Source of the DNA: Eledone cirrhosa
Lineage: Eukaryota
Direction: 5' to 3'
Assembly (NCBI GenBank): GCA_964016885.1
Contig: OZ024752.1
Location: 50,158,001-50,222,000, forward strand
Length of the DNA: 64,000 nt
This document shows, piece by piece, positions 25,566 through 42,289 of this stretch. Position numbers and translations under genes: made by a program. The notes under the pieces are model-generated. The model ran no database searches and was not told the DNA's origin. It saw nothing but the letters and a program-made list of their open reading frames with translations. The stretch's first letter is position 1. Every line of letters begins with the position of its first letter.

Positions 25566-26873
25566 TAATATTTTTATAAATTAACCATGAATTGTTTGGT
25601 ACCTACATAAAGTAATTCAGTACTAACTACATGAATTATTTCATATAGTATTCATAAATCAGATTTTTTTTTTTTTTCTTTTTTTTCAATGATTTTTTCT
25701 CATCAAAGTGGCACCTGCATAAAATATTAGCTCCTTGTGACGTTTTCTGTCATTATAACTATATGTAATAATGACACCTAACAAAAAAAAAGAAGACACC
25801 AACTTTCTTCAATGGCACCAAATAAATTTTTCCAAAAACAAGCATCTAAAGGATACCAAAATAACAGTCAATACTTTCAATTATATTTTTGTTAGTTTTT
25901 CTTTTAGAGGAAATTTTTTTTTTTTTAACAGCTAGTCAAAAATTAACTTTGATCTGAAAAAACCTCCATTCCCACAAATCTTTTCTCATTCCACACTTCA
26001 GACAGCAGATAACCTTGTGTGAAATGACCCCATTGTTGCTGATAGGAGTATTTCTTCACTGCCAAAGTTATTTCTTTGTTCAACAAAGGACAAAGCACAA
26101 ACAGAATCCTTCAAAAATCTAAGGCAGTGATTCATTTAGAAATTGGCTAGATTACATCATTTTTAATTTGTATTAGAACCCACCCACCCACCCCACACCT
26201 CTTTCAAAAAAACAACAACAACAACAACAAGAGAATACCAAATAAAATAAAATAAAATAAAACAAAATAAAACAGAATAAAATAAAATAAAAGGAGTTTT
26301 TATGGATTTCAAATATGCAAAATTCAGCCAAAATTTTCTCACAACTCCTTTGAAAATTTAAATTATTTAAAATCCATGTTTTTGATGCTTTTAAAAATAT
26401 TAATTTGGTTGAATTCTAATAGTGATTTAAAGACTCTTCTTCTTTGTTAGAATCTGGCTATGTTTTTAGATCTAGTTGAATACCAATTAGTATGGTGAAT
26501 GAGTAGAATGAGGGAGCTAGAGTACAATCCTTATTGATACCACCAGGGAAGAATGTTTGGCAATAATTGGTAACTATGGTAATCAGGAAGAAATAGCACT
26601 AGCATCAAAACCTTTTGCAAAACTCTGATTTAGATATTTTCTTAATCCAAAGGGCATTTGTATGTATGTATGTATGTATGTATGTATGTATGTATGTATG
26701 TATATATATATATATATGTGTGCATGTAAGTGTATACATAGTTTCATAAAGGCACACAGATACATATAAGTATATATATATATATATTTATACATATATC
26801 TATATACATATATGTGTATATATATACATATATACATATATATATATATATATGTGTGTGTGTGTATACACAC

Positions 26874-26921
<48 letters not shown>

Positions 26922-27024
26922 CACATATATGTATATATTTATATATTACATATATATATACACATATATCTATATATATACATTATATACATATATATGT
27001 ATATATATACATCAATATATACAC

Positions 27025-27063
<39 letters not shown>

Positions 27064-27082
27064 TATGTATATACATCTATAT

Positions 27083-27116
<34 letters not shown>

Positions 27117-27684
27117 ATATATATATACATATGTGTATATATACATATATATATGCATATATATACATACATACATATATATATATACATATATATATGT
27201 ATACACATATATATGCATATATATACATACATATATATACACATATATGTATTACACACACACATACACATACACATACACATACAACACACAACACACA
27301 CATACACATACATATTTATATATACACACATTTACACAACAAAAGAGAGAATGACGTACATACAATTCTTTCCACTTTTTCCCCACCTATTCTATTTCTT
27401 TGCAACGTAAGAGAAGTGGAAATTCAAAGATTTTTAATTTATGCAAAGTTCTTGCTAAAATTTCAATCATTTCATCTAATGGGGAGATAATTCTTACTTT
27501 CCTCTTTCTATTCACTCTGTTGTCAATCGGAGACTTCTTGCCATTGTTTCAGAAAACCATTCTCTTCTCTTCTCTATGTCCACTCTTTTATTCCATAGCG
27601 TTCATCATTTCAGTTTTATTCACATCAACATTTGTGGTGGAGCAAAGTAAGACCATGTTTCTTTCCTAATATATATATATATAT

Positions 27685-28200
27685 GTGTGTGTGTGTAGGT
27701 GTGTGTGTAGGTGTGTGTGTGTAGGTGTAGGTGTGTAGGTGTGTATGTGTGTATAGGTGTAGGTGTGTGTGTGTGTAGGTGTGTGTGTAGGTGTGTGTGT
27801 GTGTAGGTGTAGGTGTAGGTGTGTAGGTGTGTGTGTGTGTAGGTGTAGGTGTAGGTGTGTGTGTGTAGGTGTGTGTGTGTGTAGGTGTAGGTGTGTAGGT
27901 GTGTGTGTGTGTAGATGTAGGTGTAGGTGTGTAGGTGTGTGTGTAGGTGTAGGTGTGTAGGTGTGTGTGTGTAGGTGTGTGTGTGTGTAGGTGTAGGTGT
28001 GTGTAGGTGTGTAGGTGTGTGTGTAGGTGTATGTGTATGTGTGTGTAGGTGTGTGTAGGTGTGTGTGTGTAGGTGTAGGTGTGTAGGTGTAGGTGTGTGT
28101 GTGTAGGCATGTGTGTGTGTGTGTAGATATGTGTGTGTGTGTGTGTGTGTGTCTGTAAGTATATGTACGAGTGTGTGTAGGTGTGTGTGCATAAATGTAT
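27685..28200. repeat. (GT)n/GTAG compound microsatellite
   Basis: Read directly from the sequence. Confidence 0.9.
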
Positions 28201-28317
28201 GTGTTTATGTATATGTGTAGGTATGTGTATATATATATATATATGTGTGTGTGTATACATATGTGTGTATATATATGTGTGTGTACATGTATGTGTTTAC
28301 CTTTTTTTTCTTTCCTA

Positions 28318-28351
<34 letters not shown>

Positions 28352-28838
28352 GCGCGTGTGTCTATCTGTAAGTGTGTGTGTACGTGTGTGTCTGTGTGTG
28401 TGTGTGCATAAATGTATGTGTATATGTATTTATGCGTATATGTATATGTGTGTGTGTATGTATATGTGTGTGTGTATGTATATGTGTGTGTGTATGTATA
28501 TGTGTGTGTGTATGTATATGTGTGTGTGTGTATGTATATGTGTGTGTGTGTATGTATATGTGTTTATTACAGCCACCAACACCACCTTCATCGCCATCAC
28601 CCATTACAACCACCACCACCACCATCCCTAACACCATTACAACCACCACCCTAACACCACCATCACCACCACCTCTCTCTCTCTCACTCACTCACTCACC
28701 CTCTCTCTCTCACTCTCTCACCCCCTCTCTCACTCTCTCACTCTCTCACTCTCTCACACTCTCTCTCTCTCTCTCACTCACTCACCCTCTCTCTCTCACT
28801 CACACTCTCTCTCGCTCTCACTCTCTCACCCCCTCTCA

Positions 28839-28873
<35 letters not shown>

Positions 28874-29422
28874 ACTCTCTCACCCCCTCTTTCTCTCACG
28901 CTCTCTTCCCCTCCAAAAACCTATTTAGATGAGTCCCAATTTGTTTTGTTATCATGTATCACAAACATTCACTTTACAATTATGTCCTTTAATTATCTTG
29001 TGGACAAGTAATTTCAAAAAAACCTTGAATGCTCTGATGAAAATTGAATTAATGTACAACTCCACACTATAGCAGAGTATATCTACAAACGCAGACCTAT
29101 CCAAAAATAACCTTAAATAATCAAGCAATCACATTTTTTTCTTTTTAAAACAAACTGCAATAATGTGTTTATAATCCGATATATTTGTCAAAATAAATGT
29201 TTTAGCATAACTTTACACACTCAAGTTCAAAAGAATTTCCAACAATATATTTTATGCCATTTTATTCCAGTTTCATTCATTGTGATTTTAGCTGAAATAA
29301 TACACAATTCATTTCAGTTCTTTTTGCATTTCAATAATAAAATTTATGCATAGAATACAGTCTCAGAAACCATTTCATGACATGCAAATCTTGTTATATA
29401 TATGTATCAGTATAATGCATGC

Positions 29423-31703
<2,281 letters not shown>

Positions 31704-31757
31704 ATATATTATACATTATATATATCTGTATAAATATATACATATATATATATAATG

Positions 31758-31831
<74 letters not shown>

Positions 31832-31923
31832 CATTATATATATCTGTATAAATATATACATATATATATATAATGTATAATATATATATATATAAATATA
31901 TACATGTATATGTATGTGTATAA

Positions 31924-31986
<63 letters not shown>

Positions 31987-32023
31987 GCATTTTATATATA
32001 TATATAAATATATACATGTATAT

Positions 32024-32096
<73 letters not shown>

Positions 32097-32274
32097 TATA
32101 TATGTCCTTGGAAAATAGACAGTAAATGATGATGATGATGATGAGACATACATACATACATACATGCATACATCCATCCATACATACATACATACATACA
32201 TACATACATACATACATACATACATACATACATACATACATACATACATACATACACAACCACATACATGTATA

Positions 32275-32415
32275 TGTGGTCTTCTGCAGAGTTTCCATCT
32301 ACCAAATTTAAACCACAAAATAATGATCAACCTGGTGCCACACAGCAGGACTGAACCCAAAACCATTTGGATGGTGGGACGTGAAGTAAACAGTTTAACC
32401 CACACAGCCACATGA
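32275..32415 (-). mobile_element. tRNA-derived SINE (decayed, internally deleted)
   Basis: Minus strand reads GTGGCTGTGTGGGTTAA...GGGTTCAGTCC...TTGGTAGATGGAAAC. A related tail is at 40055-40110. Confidence 0.55.
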
Positions 32416-32907
32416 TTTTCATCCAGCGATTCTTTCCTCAGACATTCTAACAACATAGTATCGGAGCTGCGATCTCTATATCTACTTGCTCAACTAGTTT
32501 CTACATATAATACAATGACCCAATCTTTAGTCAAAGATCTTCAATTGAACACAGTCTTTAGTCCATCGATACTTTGCTACAATTTATCATAAAACAGATT
32601 TGTTATTTTATCATAAAACATTAGTTTTCGTTTGTTTGTTTTTTGGGGGGCTTTTTCTGGTTTTTTTTCTGTTTTTTTTTTTTTTGTTTATATCAGCTCA
32701 GAGAAAAGTTTTGTAAAACTGAAAAGAATTTGTCACAGAAAGAAAATAAAAAGGTTAGAAACTTTGCTCAAGAGAACTAACGGTATATCTCTCTTTCTTC
32801 TTTGTTTTTTGCAATTGTTATTTAACAGTTGATTCAATCAGAATTTTTACTCGACACATTCCTTCTTACGTAATAAAGGAAAACAAACGAAATTATATAA
32901 ACAAATA

Positions 32908-32952
<45 letters not shown>

Positions 32953-33869
32953 TGATGATGATGATGATAATAATAAATAAGAGAGTGAGAGAGAACGAGA
33001 GAGAGAGGGAGACGGAGAGAGAAAGAGAGAGAAAGGCGGCGAGAGAGAGAGAGAGAGAGAATGAGAGAGAGAGAGGGAGAGAGAGAACGAGAGAGAGAGG
33101 GAGATAGAGAGAGAGAGAGAAGGAGAGAGAGAGATGGTGGACAGGTGGGTATAGAGGAGGAAAGTGGGGGGGGAGGGGGTATTAATAATAAATAAGCAAA
33201 TCTTAATAAGGTGAGTTGAAGTATAAAGAAAGGCTGGCAACACAGCTTCTGTCACCTATAAGGGGGGGGGGGTTATATACAGGTTTCTATTGATTAACTT
33301 AATATCATTTATAGAGCAATAACACTTCTAACATTTCACACACATATACATACACATATACACATATATATATATATATATACATACACATATACATATA
33401 TATATATATACACATACATATATATATACATACATATTCATACACAGATTCATACATATACATACACACATATATATATATATACATACACATATACACA
33501 TATATATATATATACATACATATATACATATATATATATATACACATACATATATATATATACATACATATTCATACACACATTCATATATATATATACA
33601 CATACACACACATATACATACACATTTACACATATATACATATACACTCATGCAGACACATAGACACATACACACACACTAATATATATATATATATACA
33701 CACACATATACACACATTCACACATATATACACACATACACACACATTCACACATATAAACACACATAGACATTCACACATATACATACACATACACATA
33801 CACATATTCAGACATTCTGTTGTAGTGCACCTGAGCACTTTACACAATAATTTCATTATTATTATTATA

Positions 33870-34387
33870 CATACACATACACACACATTCACACACATTC
33901 ACACACATTCACACACACATTTACAGATTCACACACACACACACTCACATACACACACACACATACACACATACACACACATTCACACACACATTTACAG
34001 ATTCACACATACACACACACACACAACACACACACACACATTCACACACATTCACACACACATTTACAGATTCACACACACACACATACACACACACACA
34101 CATACACACACACAGCACTAATTTTCACATACACACACATTCACATACATTCACACACACATTTACAGATTCACACACACACACACACAACACACATACA
34201 CACACATACACACACATTCACACACACATTTACAGATTCACACACACAGACAACACACACACACACACACATTCACACACATTCACACACACATTTACAG
34301 ATTCACACACACACATACACACACATACACACACATTCACACACACACACACAGCACTAACTTTCACATACACACACATACACACAA

Positions 34388-34439
<52 letters not shown>

Positions 34440-34460
34440 ACACACACAGCACTAACTTTT
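33870..34460. repeat. (CA)n-based minisatellite with CATTTACAGATT punctuation
   Basis: Read directly from the sequence. Confidence 0.85.
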
Positions 34461-34746
34461 ATATGTTTACTATATTCTGCCCATGATGGAAGAAATGTGT
34501 TCAGACCTTCTGCAACAATGGAATCACTCATTGCTTTTCTTCCTACTTACAAATCGATATTTATTTTGCCAAAGAACAAACTGTCGGATGTATCGACGTT
34601 TCTTTTCCCTCTTTTCTTTGCAATAATAATAAAAATAAAAAGGATAAATCCACTGAGCAAATAGTGTGAGCATTGGAATAAATTTGCTGTAAATAAAAAT
34701 CTAAGTTTTTTAATGATATAATCCTAAAGCAAAAGTTGATACTTTT

Positions 34747-35292
34747 AATAATTGTTTCTGCTTTTGGCACAAGGCCAGCAATTACCCCAGTGTATTACTG
34801 GTACTTTATTTTATCGACCCCCGTAAGGATGAAAGGCAAAGTTAACCTCGGCGGGATTTGAATCCAGAACCTAAAGGGCCATAACTTTATGCTGCAAAGC
34901 AGGGTGTCTGATGCTCTAACAATAATTGTTTCTACTTTTGGCACAAGGCCAGCAATTACCCCAGTGTATTACTGGTACTTTATTTTATCGACCCCCGTAA
35001 GGATGAAAGGCAAAGTTAACCTCGGCGGGATTTGAATCCAGAACCTAAAGGGCCATAACTCTATGCTGCAAAGCAGGGTGTCTGATGCTCTAACAATAAT
35101 TGTTTCTACTTTTGGCACAAGGCCAGCAATTACCCCAGTGTATTACTGGTACTTTATTTTATCGACCCCCCCCGTAAGGATGAAAGGCAAAGTTAACCTC
35201 GACGGGATTTGAACTCAGATCGTAAAGGGACGTAACTATGCTGGAAAGCATGGCGTCCGACCTTCTACCGTTACTGCCAATCCCCCGCACCC
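34747..35292 (-). mobile_element. Head-to-tail SINE trimer (174-bp period)
   Basis: AATAATTGTTTCT starts at 34747, 34921 and 35095. Confidence 0.9.
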
Positions 35293-35307
35293 TTAATAAT
35301 AATGATG

Positions 35308-35338
<31 letters not shown>

Positions 35339-35444
35339 TAATAATAAAAATGTTAAAATGGTTTCTTTAGTGGCCACAAGGGCTAACACGAAGAAAAACA
35401 TTACAGACGGCACAGAACGGTACAGGACAATACAAAATAATAAT

Positions 35445-35578
35445 AATAATTGTTTCTACTTTAGGCACAAGGCCAGCAATTACCCCAGTGCATTACTGGT
35501 ACTTTATTTTATCGACCCCCCGTAAGGATGAAAGGCAAAGTTAACATCGGCGGGATTTGAACTCAAATCATAAAGGGA
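35445..35578 (-). mobile_element. SINE, main family
   Basis: Matches the family consensus. Confidence 0.88.
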
Positions 35579-35767
35579 TACTTTTAATGATACTTCAATC
35601 TCTACATCGTGGAAGGAAAAAATGGCTATTTATTTAAGCAGCAAGAATATTGTGTAAAGAAAGGTGTATGCGTATAAAATCTTTTATTCTTTTACTGATT
35701 TCAGTCATTTGACTGCGGCCATGCTGGGGTGTCATCATAATTTTGTTGATCTTGTCGAACACAGATT

Positions 35768-36059
35768 TAGTGAGATATTATGTGAGGTAAAGCCTTTATT
35801 GTGACAATACAATAGTATATATATAGAGTAATGTAAATGTTATGTGAGATATTATGTGAGGTAAAGCCTTTACTGTGAAAATACAATAGTAAATATAGAG
35901 TAATGTAAATGCTATGTGAGATATTATGTGAAGTAAAGCCTTTACTGTGAAAATACAATAGTATATATAGAGTAATGTAAATGTTATGTGAGATATTATG
36001 TGAGGTAAAGCCTTTACTGTGAAAATACATATAGAGTTGTGTAAATGGTAAAGGGTTAA
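35768..36059 (-). repeat. About 4 copies of the 60-bp MITE-derived unit ending in the TIR plus TTAA
   Basis: Reverse complement of the 43421-44789 unit. Ends AAATGGTAAAGGG-TTAA. Confidence 0.85.
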
Positions 36060-36734
36060 GGAAATACAATATCAGTTAACAGGTTATAATATTGATGGTG
36101 TGATGGCTACAACATTGATAGTACTGGCTACAACATTGATGGTCTGCTGCTACATACAGAACTTCACAAAGGGTGTTCTAAGTCTAATCTTTACTAGCTT
36201 GACTACGACACCAACCAGAACAGACCAGATCAAACCAGATCAAACCAGATCAGACCAGACCTGACAGATTTAGTGATAGTAGTAGGAAACCTTCCATGAA
36301 ATCTTGAGAGGATGACTCATAGCAATTGGTAATTGCTTAAATAGCATTTAACAATTTAACATATTCTCTGTTTTGGATCATCTGAATAAGATGGTGGCAA
36401 GGGTGGGGTGGCTTTTGGAATTTAAAAAGAAATAAAATTATAGATGGTAATCATCTTAGTTGTTCATGTCATTTTAGACTATAAATTGTTAATTGATGTC
36501 CAAAAACGATCATTTATCTGAGTTTGTGTGTGTGTGTGTGTGTGTCTGTGTCTAGTTGTTTGTTTGTTTGTTTGTGTATATGTGTCAAATTTATGGGGTT
36601 TATGAATTAATTAACCCTTTCGTTAGCATATTTCTAATCAAAGACGTGGCCTCTGATTTTTCAAATAATTTCGAAAATAAAGAACCTGGAAGGATTTAGT
36701 AATATAACTAACGTTTCCATTACTAAGTTGGTGA

Positions 36735-36958
36735 GGGCAATTGATTGGCAGTATCAGTAAGGTGTTGGACAACATGCTTTGCGGCATAGGGGTACGGCCC
36801 TTTACATTCTGAGTTCAAATTCCACCAAGGTTAGCTTTGCTTTTCATCCTTACGGGGGTCGATAAAATAAAGTACCAGTAATGCACTGGAGTTGATTTAA
36901 TCAACATCTGCCCCACAAAAAGGTTATTGACCTTGTGCCTTAATCAGAAACTATTATT
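36735..36958 (+). mobile_element. SINE, main family, full length
   Basis: GATTGGCAGTATC...GAGTTCAAAT...GGTCGATAAAATAAAGTACCAG...CCTTGTGCC. Confidence 0.88.
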
Positions 36959-37108
36959 AAGCTGGTGTTTGGAACATAACTTAACAAAGGTTCTTACATA
37001 AAATTGTAATGGAAGGTTTTAAATAAATATAAACAGTTAAGGTTTATAATTGTATTTTTGCTATTCATGTCTAACGTATGGAAGCTTGGAAAAGCTGACA
37101 CTTAAATG

Positions 37109-37235
37109 ATAATTGTTTCTACTTTAGGCACAAGGCCAGCAATTACCCCCAGTGCATTACTGGTACTTTATTCTATCGACCCCGTAAGGATGAAAGGCAA
37201 AGTCAACCTCGGCGGGATTTGAACTCAGATCGTGA
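37109..37235 (-). mobile_element. SINE, main family
   Basis: Matches the family consensus. Confidence 0.88.
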
Positions 37236-37286
37236 AGATGAAAAACACTTCAAAACAAAGAATTTTGTATCACAGAGGCAGTTCCA

Positions 37287-37344
<58 letters not shown>

Positions 37345-37371
37345 GAAGGTGAACAACACAAAATATAACTA

Positions 37372-37439
37372 CTCCATTACCAAAGGTTTCTGGATCACAG
37401 ACGATAATAATATATATCTGGCTTGGTCATCAGACAGAG
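37372..37439 (-). ncRNA. Type I hammerhead, core intact, stem II decayed
   Basis: Minus strand reads CTCTGT-CTGATGA-(36 nt)-GAAACC-TTT-GGTA-ATGGAG. Stem III is the same as in 22896-22964. Confidence 0.6.
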
Positions 37440-37557
37440 ATGTTATAGATAAAAGATATGAAATGAGATTTAAAATCTGTTAAAAATTGGAAGTGAGGAT
37501 GGAAAAATAACAGGAAATATACATAAGAAAAGAAGGGTAAGAAAAATAATATATAAA

Positions 37558-37647
37558 AAATAAAAATATATAGCAATATAGAAAAAGACATATGTGTATA
37601 TGTATGTACACATATGTCTTTTTTTATATTGCTATATATTTTTATTT
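37558..37647. repeat. Fold-back palindrome, about 41-bp arms, 1 mismatch
   Basis: AAATAAAAATATATAGCAATATAGAAAAAGACATATGTGTA followed by its reverse complement. Confidence 0.9.
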
Positions 37648-38176
37648 AGGACCGTGACAAGTGGAGAGATGCTGTGCTGAATAGGACCCGTCCCAAATGA
37701 TGATGATGACAAATGCCCTTTCTGGGGCTGAGAATAACTGCTATCCATTTTCCCCATCAAAGTTTGTGGCCTTGTGCTTATATTAAAAATTATCATTATC
37801 ATCATCCTTTTTTTTTTTTTTTTTTTTTTTTTGCAATATAATTTAATTTTCAAGAAAATATATTCCGAACTAACTTTTCAATATTTTTCCATATTTTTAT
37901 GCAGTTAGTGATATTCTATTTCTGCCAATAATCAAATAATCAATCAATAGATAGAATCATTCTTGTTGTTGTTGGTGGTGTTTATTTCTTTATCAAACAA
38001 ATCACTGTTATACATTATACATATATATTCCAATTGCTCCATAAACACACTTGTTACGAGAGAAAAGAAAGTTATAATTACAATAAATTTTTACATGATA
38101 AAATTCATTTCTATAAATGTACACACAAAAAAAAGAAAAGAAAAGAAAAATGAATCATCATAACTACCACCACCAC

Positions 38177-38209
<33 letters not shown>

Positions 38210-38213
38210 CATT

Positions 38214-38245
<32 letters not shown>

Positions 38246-38249
38246 TATC

Positions 38250-38297
<48 letters not shown>

Positions 38298-38945
38298 TAC
38301 CCAGTTACTTCAAATTTAATGTACAAAAAAAAAAAAAGCGTAAACTTGAATCATCCAAACCATTATTATTATTATTTTTTTTTTTATTTTATTTATTTAC
38401 CCAGTTAGTTCAAATTTAATGAAAAAAAAAAAGTGAATTTATTCGTAAATATTTCTTATAGTTTTACAAAACTGAAAATATAAACCACGAATTAAACTTC
38501 TATACTTTTAAACCGCGTTAATATGATGAACTTAATAAGACTCTTATTTCTAGCTTTCCTTTGCTAAAATAAAATTAAAAAAATTAAAATAAAAATTATA
38601 TTGATTTCTTCTGTAGACACAAAGCTTCCGATTTATTGGAAGCGAGAAAAGAAATGAGATTACATGATATTCACGAGTTTCTCGATAAATTAGCAATGTA
38701 AGTGAAATGATAAAAGTTGAAGTCATAGGTTCACAACTGTGTTACAAGTCTGATATTCTAGTAGGATACCAACATCCTTTGGTGATTGTCAGACCCCTTC
38801 CAATATTCCACTAGACCAGCGGTTCTCAGTGGGCACTACTGCACCCGGGGGATGAGAAGGTCCAGGGAGTGGTGGTGGTTGGGGTGGTAGAGATGATAAA
38901 GGTTGCAGTCATGTGTTCACAACTAATTTAAAAGTTATCACATAC

Positions 38946-39355
38946 ATCATCATCATCATCATCATTTTACGTCCGCTTTTCCCTGCTTGCAAGGGTGGGA
39001 CGGGTCTTATTCAGCACAGCATCTCTCCACTCGTCACGGTCCCTCGTCATCTCCACCGTGAGCTTCAATGATCTGAGGTCTGTTCTCACCACCTCCGCCC
39101 ATGTTTTTCGTGGTCTACCTCTACCACGTCTTCCTTCAACTGGCATTTCCTGGCACTTCTTCACCCATCGGTCATCCTCCATGCGCATCACATGTCCATA
39201 CCACCTCAGTCTCCTCTCCCGTACACTACATTCTATCCCTCTCAGACACAGTTTCTCTCTCAACACATTTATGCTGGGTCGTTCACGCACATTTACACTG
39301 CACATCCAACGGAGCATGCTTGCCTCATTTCTCTCCAGCCGTCGCATATCCACTA
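38946..39355 (-). mobile_element. RTE LINE family B, 5'-truncated
   Basis: Encodes MRRLERNEASMLRWMC...RLRWYGHVMR...GRPRKTW. The stop is immediately before the (GAT)n tail. Confidence 0.92.
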
Positions 39356-39407
39356 TACATATATATATATATACATATATATACATATATATACATATAT
39401 ATAGAGA

Positions 39408-39572
39408 GCATTGGTGTTAGGAAGGGCATCCAGCCATAGAAAACCTGCCAGACAGCCCTATACGAGCGAGACATGGTCTCCCGACCAAACTTGCCACAAG
39501 TAGGACAATTCCCGTCTAAACCCATGCTAGCGCGGAAGATAGACGTTAAACGTTGATGATGATGATCATGAT
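39408..39572 (+). mobile_element. RTE family A 3' UTR fragment
   Basis: TTGGTGTTAGGAAGGGCATCCAG...AAACCCATGCTAGCGCGGAAGATAGACGTTAAACGTTGATGAT. Confidence 0.88.
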
Positions 39573-39937
39573 ATATACACACGGGATCTCTGAAACTCTT
39601 GAGTTTCGGAAGATCCTATAAAAGGGTGAAAGCAGCGATTCTTTGCTTAAACTTTAATCTGTACAAATAATAGATATTTGCTCTATGGGTTTATATATAT
39701 ACTTTATATTTATACAATCCTTATCAAGCCATCTTCAGATTTTAGTCTTCCCATTTATTATTACTATTATATATATATATATATATATTGATAGTCTGTG
39801 GCATTGAGGCCAGAAAGACCACAAATCAAAGTACTCAATACATGGTATGAAGCCGAGTGGTTATATTAGAAAACATGGAGGATCTACCACGAGCTCAACA
39901 ATTTCTACTAGACACTCCACATGTTTTCTAATATATA

Positions 39938-39999
<62 letters not shown>

Positions 40000-40000
40000 A

Positions 40001-40037
<37 letters not shown>

Positions 40038-41069
40038 CATATATACTTACATACGCGACAGGCTTCTGCACAATATCCATCTACCAAATTTCATTCATAA
40101 GACATTTGTTGAGAGTTATACCATTATGTAATGCTCTAAATGTTTGCAAAAGTTACATAGTTGTATTAACTTATACATTTTGTGTGGATTTGTTCTATTT
40201 CTCCAGATACAAAACAGAAATTTGAAATTTTATTTCTCATGCAACATTCTTAAATTATAACTGACCTAATTAATTTAAATCTAAAAATAAATAAATATAT
40301 AAATATAGAGAGAGATAAATAAATAAATATATACTGGTGCCTTTATTTATGATGTCTATGTCTTCGATTATGTATTTTTAACTATTCATTCTTGTAATTG
40401 CCTGCAGCAGGAGACACAAAATAATACGACTCAAAAAACTAAATAAACCAAAGAAGCTTTACTGTTATTGTTTTAAATGATGAAAGAAAACATATGAAAC
40501 AAATCACATTCATTTACTTACTAATTTTTCCATAAACTAATTAACAATGCATTATTCCTATTTGTGAAGGTACTGATGAAATAACGACTCTCTCTTTATT
40601 TTGTCTATCTTTTTTGTCTTCTTACTTTAATATCAAGAGACATATACATCAGAACTTTTCTGGTGAAACTTTTCAGATTTTATTCCCTCCAAGCCATGAA
40701 AATTAAAACATACAAAATAAACATGTAAATAAGCGTTACCTTTGTTATATATTTTTCAATCAAACTATATTCAAAAGGATAATTAGTTGAGTAAATATGA
40801 TATCATTTTTACAGTCAAAATTAATAAAACACACCCAAGAAATTCCTATGCAAATCATGAGAGTCATTCTAATTTCATTATATTTTGTTTAGGTGTGTAA
40901 ATTATAAGACTTAGAATTTATATAATAGGTAAAGTAAGAAGAAAATGTTTAAAAATAAAATAGTATCTGGATAGAAAAATATATACATATATGCATCTGT
41001 AATATGTACATGTACAATATTTTTTTTAATAAATGTATATCTTTAGTAAATACATGCACACTACATTAA

Positions 41070-41486
41070 CCCTTTAGCATTTAAACTGGCTCTATCTGGC
41101 CAGAATTCTCTCACCTTTTTCTGTTCAAACCAGCTGTAACTGACCACTCATACTGATGTTAAGGTATTGTTCTCAAATGAAATAATTATTTCTACTTTTG
41201 ACACAAGGCCAGCAATTATCCCAGTGCATTACTGGTACTTTATTTTATCGACCCCGTAAGGATGAAAGGCAAAATTAACATCGGCGGGATTTGAACTCAG
41301 ACCGCAAAGGGAGGTAACTCTATGCTGCAAAGCATGGCATCCGACCTTCTACCAATACTGCCAATCCACCAAATTAAATAATATCAAAATCTCATAGATT
41401 CGATATTATGTGAGATAATTATGTGAAGTAAAGCTTTTATTCTGAAAATACAATAGTATATAGAGAGTAATGTAAATACTAAAGGG
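41070..41486 (-). mobile_element. piggyBac-type MITE with TTAA target sites and a nested SINE
   Basis: TTAA-CCCTTTAGCATTTA...TAAATACTAAAGGG-TTAA. SINE inserted at about 41184-41370. Confidence 0.88.
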
Positions 41487-42183
41487 TTAACCAACCAAAA
41501 TAAAATAAATTAAATTCTTTTGTCTTTGTGTACAAAGATATACTAATCGAAACTAACCAATTTTTATTTCAAATTTAATGAAAAAATAATTTAGTTTCTA
41601 AATTATAATTCATGCTATGTTTCACTTCAGTTTCTTTCATGATTTCAGCATCAAATTTTTGTGAAAACTATTTTAAAAATAAAAATTATCATTTTATATA
41701 AATAAAAAAAAATTAAAAAAAGATTAAACTATTATTACAAATGAGATAGTAAGTTATGTAGAGGGGATAAAAGATAGAGAATGTTAGATAGGACCTCACT
41801 GAGAACATCATATAATTTTTTTTTTTTTTTTTTTCTTTTCCAGAAGGAATTAGATGCAAAAGATGCGAGTCCAGCTAATAATTAGCTCTAGCAGAAGTTG
41901 TGCGCCATCATCAAAGGCTTTCATTTCAGTTAACAAATGTCAGCAACCCTTTTGTGTAGTCTTCATGTGTGACATCTGTACACTTGTAATTATCAACTGC
42001 ACCAATATGGTCATAAAAAAAACTACTAAACCTCAACTAGCCACTAATAGTAATTTCTCTGGTATTTGAAAATTTAAAAAAAAAAAGGATGTTTTTTTAT
42101 TTTCAAAGGATTGAAAATCACAATGTTTCAATTAAGTTATATTCTGACTTTTACTATGCCAGGGCAATTTATATCTCTTTCTC

Positions 42184-42242
<59 letters not shown>

Positions 42243-42258
42243 TCTATCTATCTATCTA

Positions 42259-42289
<31 letters not shown>

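Noticed and set aside
38811-38870. hAT-like terminus CAGCGGTTCTCA
   Set aside because: No matching opposite end or target-site duplication found.
39583-39745. GAAACTC-TT-GAGTTTC palindrome with a distant minus-strand CTGAAGA
   Set aside because: Stem I does not pair and the halves are over 100 nt apart. At most a remnant.
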